Source: Bacteroidales bacterium
GTDB taxonomy: Bacteria > Bacteroidota > Bacteroidia > Bacteroidales > VadinHA17
Assembly (NCBI GenBank): GCA_029932855.1
Contig: JAOZPG010000005.1
Span: 829 to 64,828, forward strand
Length of the DNA: 64,000 nt
Direction of reading: 5' to 3'
The position numbers were made by a program, and so were the translations under genes. Shown here piece after piece: positions 18,853-26,417 of this stretch. The first letter of the stretch is position 1. Each line of letters begins with the position of its first letter. The notes beneath the pieces were generated by a model. That model worked only from the letters and a program-made list of their open reading frames with translations. It had not been told where the DNA came from and did not search any database.

Positions 18853-19581
18853 TTACCTTGTCAGGTATGAATAATTAATATTTCCTTCTTTCACACTATT
18901 CATAATCTCATTGTTTCTGATATTCCAGGAAACAGAAACATAATACAGTTTGACATCCAGGTCGCTGTATATCTTACCCTGTGTAGGATGAGTATAATTC
19001 TGATTCATATAGTTCTCCATGTAATATTTGAACTTTACATTAATACCTTTTGGTAATTGAATCCCCACAAAAAGTGAAGGAATGAACTGGTTCACCCTTT
19101 TACTGAACCAAGCGTGATACTTTCTTTTTTCACCATCCCTCTCTCCTCCTCCGTTGGGCCAGTATTTTTCCTTATACAGAAACTGCCATTCATATTCCCC
19201 ACCACCAAACAGGTACATATTATTATCAAATGATCCTAACTTAAGTGCCAGTGGAATACCAAGATTATAGGTTCTCCTGATGGTTTTCATATAATTACCC
19301 GGATTATTCGGATCATCCTCATTTGAAATAAAACCGATATTCCTTAAAGCAAGTCCGCTATACATCCCGATATTATTGGTGAAATCCATATGGGTGTATG
19401 AGCCAAGGTGTAAGAAAACTGTCCACCTAAGATTGGTCTCCGGTTCACTGCCTCCTGAATTAACATCACTCATCTGGAAAATCATTTCTCCGCCAGATGT
19501 AGTATAAACCTGTTTCTGAGCAAAACCCGGCTGTAAAGCCTGGAGAAACAATATCAGAAGCAACAGCCCCGAATACTTCAT
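18853..19581 (-). CDS. secreted hypothetical protein, probably an outer-membrane beta-barrel
   Basis: Signal peptide MKYSGLLLLILFLQALQPGFAQ. Alternating aromatic/hydrophilic strands. No recognisable catalytic motif. Confidence 0.4.
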   Translation of the reverse strand: MKYSGLLLLILFLQALQPGFAQKQVYTTSGGEMIFQMSDVNSGGSEPETNLRWTVFLHLGSYTHMDFTNNIGMYSGLALRNIGFISNEDDPNNPGNYMKTIRRTYNLGIPLALKLGSFDNNMYLFGGGEYEWQFLYKEKYWPNGGGERDGEKRKYHAWFSKRVNQFIPSLFVGIQLPKGINVKFKYYMENYMNQNYTHPTQGKIYSDLDVKLYYVSVSWNIRNNEIMNSVKEGNINYSYLTR

Positions 19582-19801
19582 GATTATTATTATTTCTTTA
19601 TGTTTCATAATTAATTACAATAAGTTGATTTATCCTCGTTTATGCTGTTCTTAGTATTGCTTTATTATTTAGCAGTTATGATCTTTAGGCCGAAAGATAT
19701 TACTTTCTGCTTAAAAAGACATAATCTTTATTATGAATTAACTCTAATACTATATGAATGAACCTTTATGCAAAGGATAGCCGGGATATCACCTGTATTG
19801 T

Positions 19802-20755
19802 TCAGCTATAATCATCATCTTTTCTAAATACAGCTTTACATATAAGAGGCTTCCCGAAAGGATGCCAGTCGTAATACTGATCACTCGAATCCGAATGCAG
19901 GCGCCATATCCATATATCAGGATACCTGGCTGAAAGCAACATACAGGAAAGAGCAAAAGGTTTGGGGCCAAGAGGTGCCAGTATAAGCTGAGAATCCAGC
20001 CTCAGGTCAACACACAGATCTTTAAGTATAAGATTTATCTTTTTAAGATCATCCATTGGATAGCGATAGACATTCTCAGGAGGAAGGCTGTTAAGTATCT
20101 CATTATTCCTGCTTTCAACCTCCTTAACAAACCTGTTATCAATACTGGGATCAGAATAAAAGGCAAATGTCCTTGCCGGACGAAGCCTGTTTATCAGTTC
20201 AAATGCCTGGTCCTGATCATATCCAAGTCCCAATACCAGTGAAACCGGTTTATTCTGGGAATTAATCTGTTTATCAGGGTATTTGTGTTTTTTTCTTTTC
20301 AGAATACTTCTTTTCTTGGATTTTTCGAATGCCGAGGGGGTATAAGAAAAGACTAAGTCCACCTCTTTGAGTTTCATATCCCAGTTAACAAAATAATTAA
20401 CAATAGTTGCATACCATTCTTTTGTCATACAGGAATAATCTATTAATATTCTTATCTTCTCCTGCTCAAAACTATTCAGGACAGACTCAAGGGTTTTTTG
20501 TATTTCATTGCCCGTGGAGCCCGAAGAATCGATAAACTCGAAATCCCTCTTTCTAAAGAATTCATCATTCTCAATACGGTAAGCATCCTTGTTCTTTTCT
20601 GTAAAAGCGAATACCAGTTTGGTAAATTGATTTAGCGGAAGATGTTCACTCAGGTAACTGCACCTTTTCTCGTAGCCTGAAACAGCTATTAACACATCAA
20701 AATGCTCATTTTTAACCGATTCAAATTCGAGTTGTTGTATGTCGGCCAGTTCCAT
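19802..20755 (-). CDS. orphan 317-aa cytoplasmic protein, two alpha/beta (Rossmann-like) halves, no recognised family
   Basis: Long clean ORF with no TM or signal peptide. Repeated strand-helix pattern (DVLIAVSGYEKR, IRILIDYSCMTKEW, VSLVLGLGYDQDQA, QLILAPLGPKPFAL). I could not match any family motif. Confidence 0.5.
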   Translation of the reverse strand: MELADIQQLEFESVKNEHFDVLIAVSGYEKRCSYLSEHLPLNQFTKLVFAFTEKNKDAYRIENDEFFRKRDFEFIDSSGSTGNEIQKTLESVLNSFEQEKIRILIDYSCMTKEWYATIVNYFVNWDMKLKEVDLVFSYTPSAFEKSKKRSILKRKKHKYPDKQINSQNKPVSLVLGLGYDQDQAFELINRLRPARTFAFYSDPSIDNRFVKEVESRNNEILNSLPPENVYRYPMDDLKKINLILKDLCVDLRLDSQLILAPLGPKPFALSCMLLSARYPDIWIWRLHSDSSDQYYDWHPFGKPLICKAVFRKDDDYS

Positions 20756-20867
20756 TAATTCTTGGTTCTCTGTATATTATTCTCTAATTGTAAAGATATG
20801 TAAAACTAATACAATTCAGGCTTTTCAACTCTAAGGATATTTTCAGAAAAACTAACTAATATATAGT

Positions 20868-20999
20868 TAAAAGGATAAAAGATAAAAGAGAAAAAATAAA
20901 AAAAGGATAAAAGGGAAAAGAGAAAGAATAAAATACAAAAGCAGATCCGGAGGACACACACTAACAACAGAAACAGCTGGAACAGCAGAAACAGGAATC
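20868..20999. repeat. ~130-bp homopurine(+)/homopyrimidine(-) low-complexity tract with a 13-nt direct repeat
   Basis: The plus strand is almost only A/G with scattered T/C. AAAAGGATAAAAG occurs at 20869-20881 and 20901-20913. Lies between the ncRNA terminator and the 317-aa ORF. Confidence 0.6.
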
Positions 21000-21003
21000 C
21001 CAT

Positions 21004-21045
21004 AAAACAAAAATGGGAAACCATTCTTAACGAATTGCTTCCCAT
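21004..21045 (-). terminator. intrinsic terminator of the candidate ncRNA
   Basis: Minus strand reads AUGGGAAGCAAUUC-GUUAA-GAAUGGUUUCCCAU (13 pairs, counting one G-U, and 1 mismatch; 21013-21045), followed directly by UUUUUGUUUU. Confidence 0.7.
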
Positions 21046-21526
21046 CTTCACCGCCTAAGGTCCGTAGACTTTATTTGGTGGCAGTTTACAGTTATTATGA
21101 CTTCCGCTTTGGTGTTTCTCCCGAAGGATCCGCTCCATGGCTTCTGAGCTTCCGGCTTTCGAAATCTTGCGATCCTTATACCTTTCACCCTGACTTCAGG
21201 CCCCATACGTCTCTGAACCTTGCGAAACAGTGACTTAGAGTTGAATTTAGTTGGGTTTCACCGTTTCCGGATTCACCGTTCTGCCTTCACCTGTGAAATC
21301 TGCCCTCTGCATCAGTTCTTCCAATCTTTTTCAGTCCTGCCCGGTCCTTTTTCAATTTCACCCTTGCGGGCTTCAGTTTCAAATTTCCTTGCTTTCTTCA
21401 AGCTGAACAGGGTAAAGCCGATCTTCAGATCTTTTGGCTTACGAGAGGTTGAATCCGGTTGGTCCCGTGAGGGGCTTTCCTTCTCCGACTTAAGACTTCA
21501 CGTCAGCCTTTTTTCTCTCAACTGCT
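21004..21526 (-). ncRNA. candidate large (~520 nt) structured ncRNA, family not recognised
   Basis: GC-enriched island with no minus-strand ORF of 60 aa or more. Bounded by a TTTG/TATTTTTG promoter and an intrinsic terminator. Has at least 8 short hairpins capped by GCAA, GAAA, UGAA, UUCG or UACG loops. GGUGAA occurs 6 times and AAGUC 6 times. See findings. Confidence 0.5.
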
Positions 21527-21530
21527 AGAT

Positions 21531-21562
21531 CAAAAATAGTACTCAATATTACTTTGTGCAAA
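21531..21562 (-). promoter_or_regulatory. Bacteroidetes-type promoter (-33 TTTG, -7 TAnnTTTG) for the candidate ncRNA
   Basis: Minus strand has TTTG (21562-21559), a 20-nt spacer, then TATTTTTG (21538-21531). This fits the Bacteroides sigma-A consensus TTTG/TAnnTTTG. Confidence 0.45.
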
Positions 21563-21787
21563 TATTTTTGACATTCTGTATCAACAATATATTAACATAA
21601 GTTATTAACAATTGTTAATAAGTATGGATCAGTTTAAAAAGCATATTGATATTCAATATATAACATATTTATAAATAGAATATTCACAACAAAATCAACT
21701 TATTAATATTGCTCTTATCATTAATAAAAGTCATAATCTGAATTAATTTTTAATATTATATTTGAGGAAAATTATAGAACGGGTATT

Positions 21788-23341
21788 ATGATAAAGAAAA
21801 TACTGATTGCCAATCGCGGAGAAATTGCTGTGCGTGTGATTAGGTCTTGCCGGGAAATGGGAATTTCCACGGTTGCAGTTTATTCCGATGCTGACAGAAC
21901 TGCCCTGCATGTAAGATATTCCGATGAAGCTTATTACCTGGGACCATCCCCTTCCAATCAGAGTTACTTGCTAATAGACAAAGTACTTGATGTTGCCAGA
22001 AGGTCGGGTGCCGATGCTATCCATCCAGGCTATGGTTTCTTGTCGGAAAATGCCGATTTTGCCGAAAAAATCGCCAGGGCCGGACTTATATTTATAGGCC
22101 CACAGGCTGGAGCCATACGTACTATGGGCGATAAGATAACTGCCAGGAAGACCATGATAAATGCGGGTGTACCTGTGGTTCCCGGAACAAAGGAAAAGAT
22201 TGTTGACGACAAGCAAATAGGTAAAATAGGAAAAGAAGTCGGATTCCCCATTATGGTTAAAGCCTCTGCAGGAGGCGGTGGAAAAGGAATGAGGCTGGTT
22301 CACAAGCCTGAAGATCTGGTTGCTGCCGTTAAGGGAGCACAATCCGAGGCCAGGGCTTCTTTTGGAGATGATTCCGTTTATATAGAGAAGTATATCGAAT
22401 CTCCGCATCATATTGAATTCCAGATACTGGCCGACAAACATGGTAATGCTATACACTTGTGTGAACGGGAATGTTCGGTGCAGAGAAGACATCAGAAAGT
22501 TGTTGAAGAAACACCTTCTCCCCTTATTACCGAAAAAATAAGAAAAGAAATGGGTAAGGCTGCTGTGGCTGCTGCCCAGGCTGTGAATTATGAGGGCGCA
22601 GGTACAATTGAGTTCCTGGTGGATAATGATCTTAATTACTATTTCCTGGAAATGAATACCAGATTGCAGGTTGAACATCCCGTTACCGAAATGGTTACAG
22701 GGGTTGACCTGGTTAAGGAACAGATACTTGTTGCATCCGGGGAGAGACTCAGCTATAAGCAAGAGGACATAAAGCAAAATGGTCATTCCATTGAATGCCG
22801 TATATATGCAGAGGATCCTGGAAACAATTTCATGCCCAGTCCCGGTCTCATTAACAGGATAATTGAACCACAGGGAGTTGGAGTTAGAAATGACGGATAT
22901 GTATATGCAGGATTTGAGATACCTCTTTTCTATGACCCAATGATCTCGAAGCTGGTCACATGGGGCAAGGACAGGAATGAAGCTATTAGCAGAATGAAAA
23001 GGGCTCTTGGGGAATATATTATTTCAGGCATACGCACATCAATACAATTCCTGCACAGAATAATGGAAACTCCTGCATTTGTCAATGGTAAGTACAATAC
23101 TCATTTTATTGCCGATAATGAAGAGTTCCTTTTTGAGCCTTGTATGTATGGTGCTCAAAAGAAAAAAATGACAAGGAAGGAAATGAAAGAGATGGAAGAT
23201 ATTGTCATGATAGCTACCCTCCTGGAGTATAATTTCCAGAGATCCAAAACAAATGGTACATCAGGTACAAACGGGGATACTGCTTCAAAAACAAGCACTT
23301 GGAAAGAGTTCGGAAGAAAAATTGGTGCCACAAGACTCTAA
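21788..23341 (+). CDS. accC: biotin carboxylase subunit of an acyl-CoA carboxylase
   Basis: MIKKILIANRGEIAVRVIRSCREMGI, the ATP-grasp GGGGKGMR loop and EMNTRLQVEHPVTE. About 60 aa of extra C-terminal sequence compared with the core. Confidence 0.9.
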   Translation: MIKKILIANRGEIAVRVIRSCREMGISTVAVYSDADRTALHVRYSDEAYYLGPSPSNQSYLLIDKVLDVARRSGADAIHPGYGFLSENADFAEKIARAGLIFIGPQAGAIRTMGDKITARKTMINAGVPVVPGTKEKIVDDKQIGKIGKEVGFPIMVKASAGGGGKGMRLVHKPEDLVAAVKGAQSEARASFGDDSVYIEKYIESPHHIEFQILADKHGNAIHLCERECSVQRRHQKVVEETPSPLITEKIRKEMGKAAVAAAQAVNYEGAGTIEFLVDNDLNYYFLEMNTRLQVEHPVTEMVTGVDLVKEQILVASGERLSYKQEDIKQNGHSIECRIYAEDPGNNFMPSPGLINRIIEPQGVGVRNDGYVYAGFEIPLFYDPMISKLVTWGKDRNEAISRMKRALGEYIISGIRTSIQFLHRIMETPAFVNGKYNTHFIADNEEFLFEPCMYGAQKKKMTRKEMKEMEDIVMIATLLEYNFQRSKTNGTSGTNGDTASKTSTWKEFGRKIGATRL

Positions 23342-23367
23342 AAACTTTTATTAGCATAATTATTATC

Positions 23368-23871
23368 ATGGAAATTCACATAAAGGACAGGATTGCAGAA
23401 ATAAATCTACTTGATTACGATGGCACATACCTGAAGGCCGAAGTTGACGGGAAAGTCTATCACCTTGATTATGCACGAATCAGCGAAGGGGTTTATTCCA
23501 TTCTAAACGAAGGAAAAGCCATGGAGCTGGATATTGGAAAAACTGATAAACCAAAGATATATGAGGTAAATAACTCATGTCATGTCTTTAAAACAGAGGT
23601 TGTTGATGCAGAAGCCAAATATCAGAAAAACAGGAGCCAGTCGGATGATGGTGAAAGTGAAACATCAATATCCTCACCTATGCCGGGCAAGATTGTTAAA
23701 ATTCCTGTTTCTGTAGGGGATGAAGTAAAAGCAGGACAAACACTTATCATTGTATCTGCAATGAAAATGGAAAGTGAATATAAGGCTAAGATGGATGGAG
23801 TGATCAGGGAGATTCTGGTTGCAGAAGAAGACACTATTACCGGGAACCAGGTACTTATTACCCTTGAATAA
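23368..23871 (+). CDS. biotin carboxyl carrier protein (biotinyl domain)
   Basis: C-terminal biotinylation motif SAMKMESE inside a lipoyl/biotinyl fold. Start taken at MEIHIKD. Confidence 0.85.
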   Translation: MEIHIKDRIAEINLLDYDGTYLKAEVDGKVYHLDYARISEGVYSILNEGKAMELDIGKTDKPKIYEVNNSCHVFKTEVVDAEAKYQKNRSQSDDGESETSISSPMPGKIVKIPVSVGDEVKAGQTLIIVSAMKMESEYKAKMDGVIREILVAEEDTITGNQVLITLE

Positions 23872-23916
23872 ATACCCGTCTCTCAACATATTTAACCTAA
23901 TATATAATTATAGCTT

Positions 23917-25458
23917 ATGTCAACTTTAGAGCAAAAATTCAAAGACTTTGAAGAAAGAAATAAAACTGCTGAAGCCGGGGGTGGTGAAGAAAGAATAAAG
24001 AAGCAACATGCAACAGGCAAAAAGACTGCACGGGAAAGGATAAATCAACTTCTGGATAAAGGCAGTTTTGTTGAAACAGACAAGTTTGTACAACATCAGA
24101 ACAGGGATTTTGATATGGAAAAGAACAGACCCATGGGGGATGGCATGGTAACCGGTTATGGAAAGATAGATGGCAGGCTGGTATATGTATTTGCACAGGA
24201 CTTTACAATATTCGGAGGGAGCCTTTCAAGAAGCAATGCAGATAAAATAATAAAGATACAAGACCTGGCCATGAAGATGGGAGCTCCTGTAATAGGACTG
24301 AATGATTCGGGGGGAGCCCGGATACAGGAAGGAGTAAGAAGCCTTAGTGGTTATGCGGATATTTTTTACAGGAATGTGATGAGTTCAGGCGTAATTCCCC
24401 AGATATCCGCTATTCTTGGTCCCAGTGCAGGCGGAGCAGTCTATTCCCCTGCCCTTACTGATTTTATTCTCATGGTAAAAGAATCAAGCTACATGTTCAT
24501 TACCGGTCCCGATGTTATTAAATCTGTTACCCATGAAGATGTAAGTAAGGAAGAACTGGGCGGCGCACATACACATAACACTAAAAGCGGGGTTGCCCAC
24601 TTTATGGCAGACGATGATGAGCAGGCAATGATGATGATAAGGGAACTTTTCAGCTTCATTCCATCCAACAATATGGAAGATCCTCCAGTGGTTCCTACAT
24701 CAGATGACCCTGAACGGGAAAATTTGAAACTCTCAGATGTTGTACCTGTAGATCCCAACAAACCATACGATATTAAAGAGATTATTACCGAGATAGCCGA
24801 TAATAACTATTTCTTCGAGGTAATGCCTAATTATGCCCAGAATATGGTTATTGGTTTTATAAGGATGAATGGCAAGACTGTTGGTATAGTGGCAAACCAG
24901 CCTGCAATCCTGGCAGGAGTACTTGATATTAATGCCTCTGTAAAAGCAGCCAGGTTCGTCAGGTTCTGCGATGCATTTAATATACCCCTTGTAACCTTCG
25001 AGGATGTTCCCGGCTTCCTGCCCGGAACAACACAGGAATATGGAGGTATTATTACACATGGGGCAAAGCTTCTTTATGCTTTTTCTGAAGCCACAGTACC
25101 CAAGATCACAATAATTACCAGGAAAGCTTATGGAGGTGCATATTGCGTTATGTCAAGCAAGCATATAGGTGCTGATGTGAATTTTGCCTATCCCACTGCC
25201 GAGATAGCTGTAATGGGACCTGAAGGGGCAGTAAATATATTATTCAGGAAGGATATAAAATCGGATGAAGATAAGCAAAAACATATCGATGAATACAAGG
25301 AGAACTTTGCAAATCCTTACAGGGCAGCATCATTGGGATATATTGATGAGGTAATACATCCTAAAAATACCAGGAAAAAGATCATTCAGGCTCTGGAAAT
25401 GACCCAGAACAAGTCTCAGAGCAACCCTCCGAAAAAACACGGGAACATACCCTTGTAA
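23917..25458 (+). CDS. acyl-CoA carboxylase carboxyltransferase (propionyl-CoA carboxylase beta / methylmalonyl-CoA carboxyltransferase family)
   Basis: 513 aa. ARERI..LLD.GSF.E, DFT.FGGSL and GGAY motifs typical of the carboxyl_trans family. Confidence 0.9.
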   Translation: MSTLEQKFKDFEERNKTAEAGGGEERIKKQHATGKKTARERINQLLDKGSFVETDKFVQHQNRDFDMEKNRPMGDGMVTGYGKIDGRLVYVFAQDFTIFGGSLSRSNADKIIKIQDLAMKMGAPVIGLNDSGGARIQEGVRSLSGYADIFYRNVMSSGVIPQISAILGPSAGGAVYSPALTDFILMVKESSYMFITGPDVIKSVTHEDVSKEELGGAHTHNTKSGVAHFMADDDEQAMMMIRELFSFIPSNNMEDPPVVPTSDDPERENLKLSDVVPVDPNKPYDIKEIITEIADNNYFFEVMPNYAQNMVIGFIRMNGKTVGIVANQPAILAGVLDINASVKAARFVRFCDAFNIPLVTFEDVPGFLPGTTQEYGGIITHGAKLLYAFSEATVPKITIITRKAYGGAYCVMSSKHIGADVNFAYPTAEIAVMGPEGAVNILFRKDIKSDEDKQKHIDEYKENFANPYRAASLGYIDEVIHPKNTRKKIIQALEMTQNKSQSNPPKKHGNIPL

Positions 25459-25478
25459 TAAAGCTTAAGCATAAGGTA

Positions 25479-25505
25479 AAAGGCTGGCTTAATGCCGGCT
25501 TTTTT
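25479..25505 (+). terminator. intrinsic terminator after the carboxylase operon
   Basis: AAAAGGCUGGC-UUAAU-GCCGGCUUUUUU: a GC-rich 6-bp core stem (one G-U) extended by A-U pairs, running into a 6-U tract. Confidence 0.75.
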
Positions 25506-25626
25506 AGATATTAAAGCAAATAAAATAATACATAGTATCCTGAACAGGCTAATATCAATCATAATAATTATTTTGCTTCCTGTAATGAGTTATGGACAAT
25601 CGGTTGATACAATAACAATAAGGAAA

Positions 25627-26013
25627 ATGAAAAAATCAAATGACGACTGGAAGCTGGAGCTAAGTCCCCTGCAGTTCCATATATTAAGGGAAAGTGGTAC
25701 AGAACAGCCATATACCGGAGAACTGGATGATCATTACAAGGCCGGTGAATACCATTGTGCAGCATGCGGAAATTATCTGTTCAGTTCAGATAAGAAATAC
25801 AACTCGGGCTGCGGCTGGCCATCTTTCAGCGATATAGAATCAAAAAAGAACATTGTACTGCTGGAAGACAGGAGTGGCGGAAGGATAAGGACTGAGGTAC
25901 GATGTGCCGGCTGCAACAGCCACCTGGGCCATGTTTTCAAGGATGGCCCCCCTCCTACTAATCTCAGGTACTGTATAAACTCGGCAGCACTTAAATTTCA
26001 TCTCCGGAAATAA
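25627..26013 (+). CDS. msrB: peptide-methionine (R)-S-oxide reductase
   Basis: SelR/MsrB motifs CAACGNYLF, GCGWPSF and RYCINS. The track start at 25492 lies inside the upstream terminator hairpin, so a downstream ATG is preferred (25627; 25585 is an alternative). Confidence 0.85.
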   Translation: MKKSNDDWKLELSPLQFHILRESGTEQPYTGELDDHYKAGEYHCAACGNYLFSSDKKYNSGCGWPSFSDIESKKNIVLLEDRSGGRIRTEVRCAGCNSHLGHVFKDGPPPTNLRYCINSAALKFHLRK

Positions 26014-26073
26014 ACAGGATATAAAAACTTACACAACAATAAAAAACCCCCGTAAAACGGAGGTTTAAAAAGA

Positions 26074-26197
26074 ATAGATGAGGTCCAAACTCCTGAAAAC
26101 TAAGCGCCTTGAGATAAAGCGCGTTGAAAATGAATAAGAAGAGAATAATAAACCAACAACTAAACCTAAAATTAAGAAATGTTTGGACCTCATCTAT
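26074..26197. repeat. perfect 17-bp inverted repeat flanking a 90-bp segment
   Basis: ATAGATGAGGTCCAAAC (26074-26090) and its exact reverse complement GTTTGGACCTCATCTAT (26181-26197). Intergenic, about 220 nt upstream of the ankyrin gene. Confidence 0.6.
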
Positions 26198-26417
26198 CAC
26201 TCACCCTAATTCACAAGTAAATATAAGACCATTTTGTCTTATTTACAAATATTTTATGTTAACTTAAGTTAAAAACAGTCTTTTCCATCATATATATTTA
26301 TTCTTTAATCAGCTGCAAACATGTATTAATCATTCCAGAATCTTAAAAGGTCAAAATGAAAATACATTTTATTAGTTTTATGAAAAGAATATTGATCTCT
26401 AAGATCCTGATAATTTG

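Noticed and set aside
20806-21051. 81-aa minus-strand ORF (MKMGSNSLRMVSHFCFMGFLFLLFQLFLLL...)
   Set aside because: It is a translation of the polypyrimidine tract and begins inside the ncRNA terminator hairpin. The low-complexity F/L/S/C sequence is not credible as a protein.
21004-21526. Possibility that the structured RNA is RNase P RNA, tmRNA, SRP RNA or a cobalamin riboswitch
   Set aside because: The P4 strands GAGGAAAGUCCGG / ACAGAA.CCGGCUUA and the GGUGCGGUAAGAGCGCACC element of RNase P are absent. There is no tRNA-like 3' end (GGUUCGA.UCC...CCACCA) or tag ORF as in tmRNA, and no SRP GGAA/AGCA symmetric loop context. GGUGAA(A/U)CC resembles part of a B12 element, but the RNA is about 520 nt, has its own terminator, and has no B12-related gene downstream. 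These rejections are by eye only and need cmscan to confirm.
21220-21528. 102-aa plus-strand ORF inside the GC-rich island
   Set aside because: It starts at TTG with no convincing ribosome-binding context. Its composition is F/S/L/R-rich with no motif. The plus strand here is pyrimidine-rich, so long stop-free frames are expected by chance. The promoter, terminator and tetraloop orientation all favour a minus-strand RNA.
21971-22786. 271-aa ORF antisense to the biotin carboxylase gene
   Set aside because: It is fully embedded opposite a strongly conserved gene and has no motifs, which is a typical antisense shadow ORF. The same reasoning applies to 22030-22251.
25991-26200. 69-aa minus-strand ORF across the inverted-repeat element
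   Set aside because: It spans the msrB stop, the terminator-like hairpin and both IR arms. It is F/L-rich and better explained as non-coding.
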